Shown: positions 52,570 to 64,000 of the stretch, piece after piece
Numbering within the stretch: the first letter of the stretch is position 1
Layout: each line of letters begins with the position of its first letter
Source: Camelus dromedarius
Lineage: Eukaryota
Length of the DNA stretch: 64,000 bases
NCBI RefSeq assembly: GCF_036321535.1
Contig: NC_087436.1
Coordinates: forward strand, 72,170,001-72,234,000
Reading direction: 5' to 3'
Notes under the pieces: generated by a model
What the model saw: only the letters and a program-made list of their open reading frames with translations
Told to the model about the DNA's origin: nothing
Database searches by the model: none
Position numbers and translations under genes: made by a program

Positions 52570-54334
52570 GTAAGCATATTGTTCTGATCTACAGAGTTTT
52601 CCTGTGTCTAAATGTGATCCTCAGATAGCAAGATTATCTTTAATGCTTTGATGACAAGCCTCCTTTTTATTCAGGACAAGGAAACCATCTTTGCAGTCAT
52701 TCAATGTTGAATTGAAGTTTTAAATTTTTAAGTAGGATCTTCAATATTTAGAAAAGTATAGTTTGATTTATATAGACATTCTGCTCCTATCATTCATACT
52801 CTGTAGTATATATATATTTAACTAAGTTTATAATTTAGGGTGTATCTTATTGGATGCCACAGTTACACCTATTATCTATTAATACTGAATAGGGTAACTC
52901 AGGTAATTCTACTCCATGTACTATTTTATTGACAAGCTTCAGTTGCTTTTTGACTTAAAGTCACCCTGACAGATTATAGATCTTGTTGGGATCCCTTATA
53001 TTTCTGTTAACTCTTTCTGAAGGCAATTTCCCTGTTGATGGATCTTAGTTTGCCTACCATAAATAGCACTGTGGTAACACAGAGGATTATGCAATGTCAA
53101 GTAAAAGAAAAAGTACCACGAGGATGTCAACATTGCTCAAAGACTACTCCAAGTCTTTATGTAATCTAGTGTTGTTAGAAATGACTGTTTTTAAAACAAA
53201 GAGAAAGATTGGGCTCAGGACCTTAAAGAATATCCAGCCATCAATTTCAGGAGTAATTTTGCTAAATATGTGATGTTTACCAAACACACGGTCACCAAAT
53301 AATTGCATTGGAATTAACAAGGGCGTGGCTAGCAGAGGCGTGCCTGTTCATGAGATCAATCCTTAATTACTTTTTTTTTCCACAGCTGCAGTTCTGTCAA
53401 GACTGAGTTCAGAACTTCGATGCCAGTGCATAAATACACACTCCACACCTTTCCACCCCAAATTTATCAAAGAACTAAGAGTGATTGAGAGTGGACCTCA
53501 CTGTGAAAATACAGAAATCATGTAAGTAATCTCAAAAATGATTAGATATTTTACTTTAACAAACTGAAGATAAGGAAGATATGGAAGAATCTGACAAAGT
53601 TCTAGGTATTAGGAATACATAGTGAGCAAAACAGAAAAGAAAAATTATTTGTCTGCATGGCATTTAATATGGTATCTTCCATGACTCATCACTGAACATT
53701 GGTTTAGACTTAGATTTTATGCCTGTACTTAGGGACCCATGATTTGAATGGCACAAGAATGTTTGAAATCTACTAAATATTGATTTTAGTCATCTCTCAT
53801 TTCAGTGTTAAGCTTGCCAATGGAAGAGAGGTCTGCCTGAATCCCAAGGAAAAGTGGGTGCAGAAGGTTGTGGAGATATTTTTGAAGAGGTAAGTTTGTT
53901 TGCTTGTTTTTAATTTAGATTCCTCATTTATCCTATGACATAGAGTCCAAAAGTCAGCCTATAAATTTTGTGCTGCTGCTGAAAATTTTATCTTTTAAGT
54001 ATCTGCTTCTTTGATTAAAAAAAAAAAATAGCAGCAATAATGAGTCTGTTGTACTCATGCCTGGGAAGGCCACACACCTCAGTATGTCCGGGAAAGTATG
54101 GGTTTATGCCTGTGCTTGGCTCCCTCGATCACAGAAGGTTCTGGCTTAGATGACAACATATCTGGTCATTTATAGTTGAAAATGTAGAGTATTTCTAAAA
54201 CATGGATATATAAGACTATTAATCTCTATATTAAATATATTTTTAAGAATCATACATCCCTCCTTATTAAAACATTGTTCATTTAAAATTTTTTTATTTT
54301 ATTTATTTTCAGAGCTGAGAAGCAAAATCCATGA
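52506..54334 (+). CDS. CXCL8: C-X-C motif chemokine 8 (interleukin-8), 4 coding exons: join(52506..52569,53386..53521,53806..53889,54313..54334), 101 aa
   Basis: Manual splicing at GT-AG junctions gives 306 nt encoding [101 protein letters not shown]. It has a signal peptide, ELR-CQC motif and 4 conserved Cys, and is recognisable as mammalian IL-8. Confidence 0.99.
53386..53521 (+). CDS. CXCL8: CXCL8 exon 2 (ELR-CQC ... GPHCENTEI)
   Basis: Acceptor TTTTTTTTTCCACAG; donor AT|GTAAGT; 136 nt. Confidence 0.98.
53806..53889 (+). CDS. CXCL8: CXCL8 exon 3 ([27 protein letters not shown])
   Basis: Acceptor CATCTCTCATTTCAG; donor AG|GTAAGT; 84 nt. Confidence 0.98.
54313..54334 (+). CDS. CXCL8: CXCL8 exon 4 coding part (AEKQNP-stop), followed by a ~1.1 kb 3' UTR
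   Basis: Acceptor TTTATTTTCAG; A GCT GAG AAG CAA AAT CCA TGA. Confidence 0.96.
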
Positions 54335-54444
54335 AAACACCCTAAAACCCATTCTCCATGGCTTCCAAGAATTCCTCAGTGAAGATGCCAATGAAACTGC
54401 AAACAAATCTACTTCAGTGCCTTATGTACTGTGTGGGTCTGGTG

Positions 54445-54646
54445 TAGGGTTGCCAGATAAAATATAGGATGCCCAGCTATATTTGAATATTAAGTAAAAT
54501 TATGAATATTTTTTCAATGTCCCATGTACATTGTTCCATCTAGGACACACTTATATTTTAAAAATTATTCATTGTTTATGATAAGTTCAAATTTAGCTGG
54601 AAATCCTATTCTTGTTTTTGTTATTGTATCACATCTTGCAACCCTT
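54445..54646. mobile_element. MER53-like palindromic hAT MITE in the CXCL8 3' UTR (copy 1)
   Basis: Terminal inverted repeats TAGGGTTGCCAGAT ... ATCTTGCAACCCTT; internal self-complementarity resembling the MER53 consensus as remembered. Confidence 0.8.
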
Positions 54647-54825
54647 GTCTGCTGGCCAGGATTCACGTGTCTCTCTTCAAATGCACCTCACTCTTCTTTA
54701 TTCTTTATGGAGAATAAGTTTCAGCCACCATCCTACCTTACAGAGATGTAGGGGCATGTGGCTGGAAGCACTTTAACTTTAATGCAGAGTCAAGTAAATT
54801 ATTTTCAAGTGTAACTTATTCACCT

Positions 54826-54946
54826 ATTTATTATTTATGTATTTATTTAAGCATCAAATATAGTAATGTTTGTGCACAAATTTGGAGAAATGGGAAGGAA
54901 GCAACGTTAGTAAGATAGTATAATGATGGTAGTGAATTTATATTTA
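54826..54946 (+). promoter_or_regulatory. CXCL8: AU-rich mRNA instability elements in the CXCL8 3' UTR
   Basis: ATTTA pentamers at 54826, 54833, 54841, 54845 (TATTTATTATTTATGTATTTATTTAA), plus 54936 and 54942. Confidence 0.9.
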
Positions 54947-55008
54947 TTTTAGGTATTAAGTGATGTTGAATTACAGACCTATTTTGTTCAAGGTTGTTAT
55001 AATATGAC

Positions 55009-55152
55009 CATAGTTGCCAGATTTAGCAAATTAAAAAACAAAGCAAACAAACAGGGCACCCAGCTAATTTTCCCTTCTGATAAGCAATGAATAATTTGCT
55101 AGTATAAGTACATCACTATTTATCTGAAATTTTAATTGAACTGGCAATCTTA
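55009..55152. mobile_element. MER53-like MITE in the CXCL8 3' UTR (copy 2, internally deleted)
   Basis: Begins CATAGTTGCCAGATTTAGCAAAT, ends CTGGCAATCTTA; contains the MER53-type motifs AGTATAAGTA and TTTATCTGAAATT. Confidence 0.72.
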
Positions 55153-55447
55153 CATTTGATACTTCTGGTCTGGTCACTGCAAGCCTTATTTTGCAGTGCT
55201 GTGTTGAATCACCCGAAACCTGAGTTAGGACGATTTTCTCAAAATAGCAAAAATTCACCAGACAATAATTTCTTGCTAATTCTTATTTATTCTGAGCAAT
55301 TAGATTCTCATAATTTTATTTAAATTATTGTATAGTTTAACATCAACTTTACTTTTTGACTTTAAGATGCTTTTATGTGTTCCTAAATAGACTCTTTCTA
55401 TTGTTTTTGATAGTATGAAAAGATGAATGTAACTATAGCATATTTAA

Positions 55448-55500
55448 AATAAAATTCATTGTCAAAGTCATCCGAGGTTGTCTTTGTCTTTCTTTGTAGT
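55448..55500 (+). terminator. CXCL8: CXCL8 polyadenylation signal and downstream GU/U-rich element
   Basis: AATAAA at 55448-55453, followed ~25 nt later by TTGTCTTTGTCTTTCTTTGT; cleavage inferred near 55470. Confidence 0.8.
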
Positions 55501-55859
55501 TTTAAGATTTGTTGTTTTCTTTTTTTATATTAAAAGTCATATTTTGATTTAAAAACATAAATGCATATATATACTACATTGCATAATAATGATAATCATA
55601 TTTATATGCTGTGTGGAAAATTACAAGATTTTATTTGTGGAAAAGTATAACTCCTTTCCAAAGATGGGTTACAACCAGTAGTCTTTTCCATAGAATGATG
55701 GAAATTTTCTCAACTCCCCACTGTGTACCATTTTGCTAATAAAGGTGACTTCAGATTTTCAACAGATAGCCCAGGGGCCTATACAGCCTAACTCAGCTGT
55801 ACACTCAGTGAAAGAGGGAGGGGGTACACATTACAAGGCAATTCTCAGCTGATTGAGGA

Positions 55860-56272
55860 ATACTGACACATCTGAGGCAAAGAAATTTAAAATATGATTA
55901 AAGACCAAGCATATTTGAAAACAAATCAAACAAAACTCTTAAAAGTAAAAACGCAATATAACTGAAAACCTCAGTGGATGAGTTTTATAACAGCTTAGAT
56001 ACAGCTGAAAAGAAACGGGAATTAGGAAATAAACCCAAAGAACTTTACCTGAAATTTATATCAGAGAGATAAAGAGGTAGTAAATTGGAAAAAGAAAAGA
56101 CAAGACAAGACAAGACATGGAGGAGATGGAATAAGGTCTTATTGATGTCCAATTGGATTTTTATAAGCAGACAAGAGAGGAAAGGTCAGAGACAATATTT
56201 GAAGTGACAGTGGCTGAAAACTTCTTAGAAATGATGAAAAATAATAATCCACAGTTTCAAGAAATTCAATTT
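55860..56272 (+). mobile_element. Decayed L1/HAL1 ORF1-region fragment
   Basis: Motifs AGATACAGCTGAAAAG, ATATTTGAAGTGACAGTGGCTGAAAACTTC, CCACAGTTTCAAGAAATTCAA. Confidence 0.55.
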
Positions 56273-58825
56273 ACCAACTCTTAATTTTACATTCCTACTC
56301 AACTAACAAGGATCTTAGAACTTTGACATTTATCCACCTCCCAGCTCATTTACTATTGCTGCTGGGTATTTTAAGTCCACTTTTTTTTTTTTTTTTTAAA
56401 GTTCCACAATGTAAAGTGAGGAAGAGAGTCCTCTTTCATTTTCACACTTGTTAGTTCACATTGCAATCTACTTTTCCTGTTTCTTTAACTCCTTACAATC
56501 ACTCTGGGTTCCTGTAACTGCCATTTTTTTCTCTGAGTCAACATTATCTATCAGTAATATGGTACAAAATCCATTGTCTTTTCTAATTCCCAGTGCACAT
56601 TAACACAAAAGTGTGCAGCATAATAGAATTAATTAAAGATTTGTAAACGATGCACAAGGAAGAACCAAATGAAAATTCAGCCCTGGTGTTCATTGCTTCT
56701 AGAATCATTGTTTCCCACTGAGGGTAACTTCTCCCTGCCTGGAGTCCTTCCCAGGCTATGTTGTGGGGCTCTTTTCCCACAGAGTTGAGTTCTTTGACTC
56801 TTAAGTATCTTTTGGAGAATTTCTGATTGCCCCAACTGTAAATCTTGTGGGAACTAATAAGCCTGCTCTTTACTCTGTTACATGGAAAAAAATCCTATTT
56901 GTTGTCTGCTATCTTTGCAAATTCACTTCATTTCCATATTCTTCTCTTGGAATATCAGTGCCCTTGTCCTCCCCTTTGCAGTCTCTCATCTTGTGGATTG
57001 TATTCACAGTGAGTAAAACAAGATAACGAACAAATCATTTTAATAAAATGATAATAGGAGAGATGCAGGGGTCTTCAGAAGCAGTTAGCAAGGAGTTATC
57101 AAAGTGAAGTGGCCTAGGTTTCCCTAAGAAAATCTAAGCCAGAGTCTGAAAGATGAGTAGGAGTTAGCCAGCCAAAGGGAAGAAGGACCCGGGGGGAAGA
57201 GTGGGCTAGAAGGCAGGGGAGAAGTAATTTCTGTGATCTGAGAAGTGAAAGAATTTCAGTATGACTTGTGTTTGGCTTGAAACAGAACAAGTGTTAACAG
57301 ATAAAGATATGCTAAATGGACTATGGAAAGCCCTAAAGGGCTTAGATTTGGAATTGAAAACTTCTAATGGATTCCAATTACCTTTATTTAAAATCACCAG
57401 CATTATAAACCATTCTTCCTGGGTCTCCTAAAAAGAAATGGGAAGCCATAAAAAGCAACTCAGAAGTATGATCTTGGGGACTTTTTAATGGCATTTGGAG
57501 ACTGAATCATCAAAAAACTCCCAATCTTACACAAAACCTTTTAATGTGTTAAATACCCATCTTTAATATGATCAGTGTTCAACCCTGAAGGCAAAGTGAA
57601 GACATGTGCACCAATCTGGTGAATCTTAATAACAAATATATTTTTAAAATATCAACCTCTTAATTTCATTTTTATCACTTTTAAAATATGCCAAATGATT
57701 TTCCTCATGCTCTCATATGTATTGTCCCTGTCTTATAAGACAACAAATTATTCCACTGAAAAGGCAATTAAGTGGATCAAACTGCAGATTAAGTGTCATG
57801 TAAACAAGCCAAAAATGAAAAATGAAAACGAGTAAGAGAGAGAAAACATGAGAGCAAGAGAGCAAAGAAAAAGTCAGTAAATTTGCTGAATTGAAAATTT
57901 GTTTCATTTTGCTTCCACAATATTAATAAAATTACATATATAGACACAAATTTTATTTGTATAGACATAGACACAAAGTTGAGCATACAATCTATTATCC
58001 ATACATTTAATCTATTTGTGTATATAACAAATTATAAACCAAATTTTCCAAGTAGAAACATGAATGTAAGTATAGAGATACACATACATAAAGTAAAAAA
58101 ATGTGGAGAGATAATAAAGGGTTCACCTCAAAAGTTGAATTAAGTGTAAAATACTATAACACATACATTGTACATACAACATACAAATCAAGTAATTTTC
58201 ATAATTGCTCTTATGTTTGCTAAACATGAATCAAAAAATAGATTTATAGGTTGAAGTTACCTAAGCAAAATCTTTTCTTTCAAGATTTAGTAAGTGAGTA
58301 AATAATTATTTTCTACTGTAATAGATCTATTTGGTCAGCCAGGCCAGGTTATGCTTGAAAACTTCAGAAGAAAGGATGAAAAACTATTTTGCTTTTTGCT
58401 TACGGTAGTAATACAGCTAAGAAAAATTGCTTAAGACTGCATTAACCCTGCAATAAGGGAAAAAAAACTTAAGATAACAATTTCTCAATTACCCACTTAA
58501 AAAGACCATCAAACAGCATTTGTCCCAAGTTTGTTAACCACCAGCTGAATTTGCAAAGATAACAGACAACAAACAGGAAATTTTTCCATGTAACAGAGTA
58601 AAGAGCAGGCTTATTACTTCCCACAAGATTTACAGTGGGGGCAATCAGAAATTCCCCAAAAGATACCTAAGAGTCCAAGAACTCAACTCTTAATCAGTGG
58701 AGAAAGAAGGCTTTCTATGTTCTTTGCAATCCCATAGATAAAAATCAAGTTGGATAAATACTATTGTTACAAGACTTTTTAACATTATTTGGTAAAATGA
58801 TAAATGGACTCAAAAGCATAGCATG

Positions 58826-58952
58826 AAGTGGGGAGAGTATAGTTTAAGTGGCAGAGTGCATGCTTAACATGCACGAGGTCCTGGGTTCAATCCCCAGAAC
58901 CTTCTCTAAATAAATAAATAAGTAAACCTAATTACTATTCCCCACCCCCACA
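58826..58952 (+). mobile_element. tRNA-derived SINE (Vic-1-like) with 14-bp TSD
   Basis: TSD AAAAGCATAGCATG at 58812-58825 and 58953-58966; B box GGTTCAATCCC. Confidence 0.9.
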
Positions 58953-61121
58953 AAAAGCATAGCATGTTGGAAAATTAAGATGGGGAAACAGTCATAGATA
59001 TTTCCACTCCAGGTTTGCTTCAGAATTTATCTAGAGGAGTATTCTGATAGCTTTGTGCAGGATCATGGTGCTGGGGCTAAAAGTAAGCTTTTAATGTAAC
59101 TAGAAATTCCATTGCATAGGGCATGATTAAGCTCATATTTTAATCATGTTATGATGTGATTCTACATCCTAAATTAATCTTCTGCCATTCATCCCATGCT
59201 CTTCAAAATGCTTTTACATTTATATTTTCAGGGTTCCCTGAAAAGATATGTCCATGGGAAAGCATTCTGTAGGTAGCCATCTCTGCATCTCTGCCTAGAT
59301 TTCTTCTTTACGCTTCCAAAGGCACTCAGCATGCCCCTTTACAGGGATCCCGTGTAAGGCATGTTTTACTAAAGTGAAAACTTGTTTCTTCTCAGGTCTC
59401 AGAGGTCTCGAGAAGCGTCCTCATGACATATGTGAATCATCCCTCCGCTAACTTTCCACACTTGTTTTATTCTTCTGTAGTATATGCCAGTCATGCTTTG
59501 TAAACAGCTCATTCCAAAATTTTCTTAAGTGGAATTTTACTATTGATCCCATTTACAAATTTATATCTGGATAATGAAAGAAAATCTCATATTTACAAAA
59601 TCTTCCTGTAAAACTTGAATGAGGCCTCTGTGCTAATATGAAAAAAATTCTGAATTGAAATAATATCATCCATATGTAATGTTACATAAATTTTATATAA
59701 GCTGTGTGATTTTTTAAATCTATACCTTCTCCAATTATTTAAAAATTTAAGCAGTTTTTAGTAAACAAAGATACATGAACTCTGACAAAAATATGGTATG
59801 CTCTGTGTGGATTTATTTGGAACAGAATAAATGCCATTTTTATACTTGCTTTACATATAATATAGTACATTAGCTTTTACAGATTTTAACTTTTCACATT
59901 TTGACTCCTGAAAAATCTATGGCAGAAAGGAGTATGTGTTGACAATTTTGATATTGCTACACCCGTAACTGAACAATTAAATTGAGCAAAAGTAAATGGA
60001 TCGCTAATAATTGGAGCCAGGTTCCTCACTGTTACAGTATAAATTTTCAGATAAGCAAGGGGAGGAAGCAAAAATAATCCATGAATTAAGAGTTGGAGAC
60101 ATCAGTATGAATTCATGTTTAGCTTAATATAGATACAAATGGATACATATAGAAATACTTATGGATATGTGTATATGTGTATATAAACAGGTTAGTACAC
60201 ACAGACATACTTCTTTCCTTTGTCAGCTGAGACGCCCAAGAAGCAATGACACTCTAGCAGCCTCAAGCACACCTTGCACCCAGATCTTGGTTTCTAAAAC
60301 CATTTTCCAGTAAAACAGAACAGTGCTCCTTGGAGGAATGTCTCATCAGGAGACTGGGGAAGGAAACATACAAAATGAGTTGTGAGCATCTTCCATCAAC
60401 ATAAAGTAAGAAAGTGCTTTTCTCCAAAAAAAATTGGTGAGGGTATGCCACAGAGGAACAGGGGCCAACTGAAAGCTGGAACAATGGCCAAAGCTGGAAT
60501 AAGTTGAGAACAAAATAAAGTAGTATATTATAACTCAAAACCTAGAGCAAATACTCATGAGTCTATACTGATATGAATCATTGAGTAAATAAATAAATGC
60601 AGAAGAGACAAACCTTTCATGCAGAAGAATTCCAAGTAATTTACATAGATACTTCTTCCCCAAGGTGAAGCATAACTATGCCCTCCTGAAGTGGGAGCGG
60701 TGCAGAGTGACTTCATTCCACAGAACACGGTACGGAAGGGAGAATAAGAAGAGCAAGTTCATAGTAGGGAAACCTGAAAATCAGTACATCAGCCAAGGTC
60801 AACAACATGGTGATAAATCGTGTTGATAGAATGGCACTTTACCTCTGTGGTTTTCCTCCTAAAATCCCTGTCTAATACTGAGAAATACATGAGACAAATT
60901 CCAATAGAGAAGCATTCCACAAAGTACCTGACCAGTGCTCCTCAGAACTGTCAAGGTCATCTTAAACAAGGACATTCTGGGAAACTACTACATCTCAGAG
61001 GAGTCTAAGGAGACATGACAATTAAATGCAATGTATCCTGGATTGATTCTAGGACATAAGAAAGACATTAGGTAAAATCTATGAAAATCTGAATAAAGTA
61101 TGGACTTTGTTTAATATTATT

Positions 61122-61473
61122 TGTCTTAGTTTGGGCTGCTATAAAAAAGTACCATGGACTGGGTGGTTTATTAAAAAAAAACAGACATTTATTTCTTACA
61201 GTTCTAGAGGCTGGAAATCTGTACCAGCTTGATCGGGTTCTGGTGAGCATCTTCCTCTTTGCAGTCTGCCAACTTTTGATTGTATTCTCACATGGCAGGA
61301 AGCAGAGAGCCAGAGCAAGCTCACATCTCTTTTCACGACAGTAATGATCCTATTCTAGAGGGTTCTACTCTCATATCTGATTTTCTCCCAAAGGCCCTAC
61401 CTCTTAATACCGTTTCATTGGGAGTTAGGATATCAACATATGAATTTTGGGGAGTCACATTCAGTCCACAACA
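61122..61473 (-). mobile_element. MaLR solo LTR (MLT1A-like)
   Basis: TGTCTTAGTTTGGGCTGCTATAA ... CATTCAGTCCACAACA; TG/CA ends; degenerate 5-bp TSD TTATT/ATAAT. Confidence 0.85.
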
Positions 61474-61545
61474 ATAATGTAACAATATTGGCTCATTAAT
61501 TGTAACAAATGTACCCTGCTAATGTAAGATGTTGATAATAGTGGA

Positions 61546-61668
61546 CGCTCGAGTGGGGAGGGTACAGCTCAGTGGTAGAGTTCATGCTTAGCACACACAA
61601 GGTTCTGGGTTCAATCCTCAGTACCTCCATTAAAATAAATAAATAAATTTAATTATCACCACCCAAAA
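61546..61668 (+). mobile_element. tRNA-derived SINE (Vic-1-like) with 11-bp TSD, nested in an old L1
   Basis: TSD ATAATAGTGGA at 61535-61545 and 61669-61679. Confidence 0.9.
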
Positions 61669-62691
61669 ATAATAGTGGAAACTGGGTTTGGGATATATGG
61701 GAACTCTCTGCAATATCTTCTCAATTTTTCTGTAAATCTGAAACTGTTCTTTAAAAATACCTATTTAAAAAAATAAGTGCGGGAGCCAAAAATAAATGAA
61801 TAAAAAACCTACAGCAAGTAGTAATTTGTAGTTTTCTGCCAGTAACAATGAACCTGGTGTGTGGGCTTTGAAGCTGATGTGTGGAGAGCATGTTCCTTAG
61901 GTAGTGATGGAGCTAACATGACCATTAACAACATTTGTACCGCCTTGTCTTCCCTTCCTTGAGGTCTACTACTGGAGTATGCTGGAGTTTGAGAATTTGC
62001 CGAATTTCTCAAACTATGTCAAGGGTCTACCATAATAATGATAATCATATTTGATGACCATATAAGTTAGAGAAATGTATGCAGCAGGTAAATGCCATCA
62101 ACAGGAGGCCATAGAAATTGTGGTAAACTGGGGACACATGGTTTGCCTAGGGTCATAATAATTAAAATTACCTTGAAACACAGAAACTTCCAAGTCACAC
62201 TCTTTTGGCTGCCAGTTTGGACCACAGAACTGACTGAAAAACTAATCCCTCAAAGCAATTTTTTTTTTTTTTTTGATAGTAAAAGCCAGCACTACAGGTA
62301 TTCCTTCTTTAGTTAAGCCCATGATTCTGTTCATGTCTTAGATTAGGATTGGATGATCAGTGTTGGACCACATATGTTAAACACAATGTTTTAGACTTTT
62401 TTGCATCTGGAATGGTGGAGAGAGTTGAGAAATATACAGTGCATTTTAGTAAATATGATTTATAAGTCAAATTATCCTTTAATTCTACAATATGTGCAAT
62501 TTAAAAGAAATGCACCAAAATAGAGACAGGAACTGAAAGAAATTAAGAGAATAAAGTGTTAATGACTGCCTGCTTTACACTCTATTTTCCCCGGCTACCT
62601 GTAGCTGCCTCAGCAGATGGCCTGAGCCTGAGCCTCAGTCTTCCCAAGTTCTTAAGCTAATACTGGCAGGACAAATAAATATATAAGTACC

Positions 62692-62863
62692 ATTATAGGT
62701 TATTACAAGATATTGAATAGTAATATCTTGTAATAACCTATGATAAAAAAGAATATGAAAAGGAATATATATACATGTATAACTGAATCACTATGCTATA
62801 CATCAGAAACTAACATAACATTGTAAATTGACCATACTTCAATAAATATACATATATATATGT
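62692..62863 (+). mobile_element. Very short L1 3'-end insertion with a 5' inversion forming a 20-bp perfect hairpin
   Basis: L1 3' UTR motifs and AATAAA near 62841; imperfect TSD ATATAAGTACCA (62681) / ACATAAGCACCA (62864). Confidence 0.8.
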
Positions 62864-63414
62864 ACATAAGCACCAAACCACTTTTCTTGAACCGCATGTT
62901 TTCTTGCCTTGCTCTCTGCATTGACATTCTCAGCTTCTGGCCATTTCTTTTTCCTCCTAAAGACATTTCCTCACTTGTTCTTTAGATATAATAACTGAGA
63001 TTGAATTTCCAGTACCTCCTTAACTTGCCCCTTGAAATATGTCCGCCTCTGACAGTTCAGAATGTCCTCCAGTTCAATTCTAACATAACCTTTGGATGTT
63101 TTTAAGGCCTATAAAACAAGAAATATGGCAGCTCAACACAGAGGTAGTCTGGCAGTGTATGTTGAGTAGACATAGGGGAGGAATAGTTAACGGAATTTGG
63201 ATAAGCTCTACTGGATTCTCAACTTATGAAACGTAAGTCTGAATTCAAGCCTGCTCTGTTTCTTTGCCTCCTTTTTCTCCCTTCAAGTTAGGAAATTTGT
63301 ATATAATTCTAAAAATCTTCCATCTGTCTGTATCTGTTTATAAATTTATCTAAATATAATCATCTGTCTGTCTATTTTTTAAGGGTCACCTGTATTCCCT
63401 ATTGTGTTAAAAAC

Positions 63415-64000
63415 TTATTTTTTATTGTGATAAAATATACATAACAAAATATACCATCTTAACAATTTTTAAGCTTACAGTTCACTGACATTAAGTATAC
63501 TCATAGTGTTGTGAAACCATCATGAAACTGTATCTCTAGAACTTTTTCATTTTCCCAAATTGATACTATGTGCCCATTAGACAATTTCTCCTCATTCCTC
63601 CTTCTCCTCCAGTCTCTGGCACCCAGCATTTAATTTTTCTGTAGCTATGAATTTGATGACTCTAGAAGCCTATTATCAGTGGAATCACAAAACATTTGTC
63701 ATTTTGCGACTGGCTTATGTGACTTTGCATCATGTCTTCAAGGTTCATCCCTACTGTACCATGTGTCAGAATTTCTTCCTTTTTAAGAATAACTTTCCAT
63801 TGTATGTATGCACATTTTGTTTAACCATTTACCTATTGATGGACATTTGGGTCTTTCTTCCTTTTGGCTACTGTGAATAATGTTATGAATGTGAATTGTG
63901 AATAATGCTATGAAAACTGGTGTACAAATATCTGCTCAAGTCCCTGTTTTTAATTCTTGGGGAATATATCCAGAAGTGGAATTGCTGGAAGTTGTGGCAT
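63415..64000 (-). mobile_element. L1MB-like 3' end running off the window
   Basis: TTTTATTGTGATAAAATATACATAAC ... GATGGACATTTGGG ... CCAGAAGTGGAATTGCTGGA. Confidence 0.85.

Larger units (their letters stand above)
59940..61775 (+). mobile_element. Old L1MC-like 3' region hosting an MLT1 LTR and a SINE
   Basis: Motifs ACCTGACCAGTGCTCCTCAGAACTGTCAAGGTCAT, GAAAATCTGAATAAAGTATGGACTTT, ATATGGGAACTCTCTG...CTGTAAATCTGAAACTGTTCT. Confidence 0.8.

Noticed and set aside
53428..53445. CINTHS instead of human CIKTYS as a novel glycosylation site
   Set aside because: N-T-H is not an N-X-S/T sequon, and from memory pig IL-8 has the same residues.
58826..58952. tRNA genes (also at 3047, 17263, 26952, 61546)
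   Set aside because: tRNA-like heads are followed by a shared non-tRNA tail, and several have TSDs, so these are SINEs.
62608..62624. CTCF-like TCAGCAGATGGCC (also weak matches at ~9911 and ~49011)
   Set aside because: Only partial matches to the core; cannot be supported without PWM scoring or ChIP data.

Overview
Mammalian genomic DNA, very probably camelid: it carries five copies of a short tRNA-derived SINE resembling the camelid Vic-1 family. It is not prokaryotic. The only protein-coding gene I can support is CXCL8 (interleukin-8) on the + strand, CDS join(52506..52569,53386..53521,53806..53889,54313..54334), 101 aa with the ELR-CXC motif. It has its AP-1/NF-kB/TATA promoter, a 3' UTR with AU-rich elements flanked by two MER53-like palindromic MITEs, and a poly(A) signal at 55448. 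The ~52 kb upstream and ~8.5 kb downstream are intergenic and repeat-rich (L1, L2, MIR, hAT MITEs, LTRs, SINEs). The most interesting signals are: an AhR-type XRE in place of the human C/EBP site in the CXCL8 promoter; several dense clusters of inflammatory transcription-factor motifs upstream (candidate distal enhancers, possibly syntenic with the human UMLILO lncRNA region); an intact ERV1-class solo LTR with an adjacent kB palindrome; an unidentified polyadenylated retro-insert inside an L2; two twin-primed L1 insertions; and a young 75-bp triplication. Repeat family names and comparisons with human sequence come from memory and need RepeatMasker/alignment confirmation. I found no evidence for a wholly new coding system.
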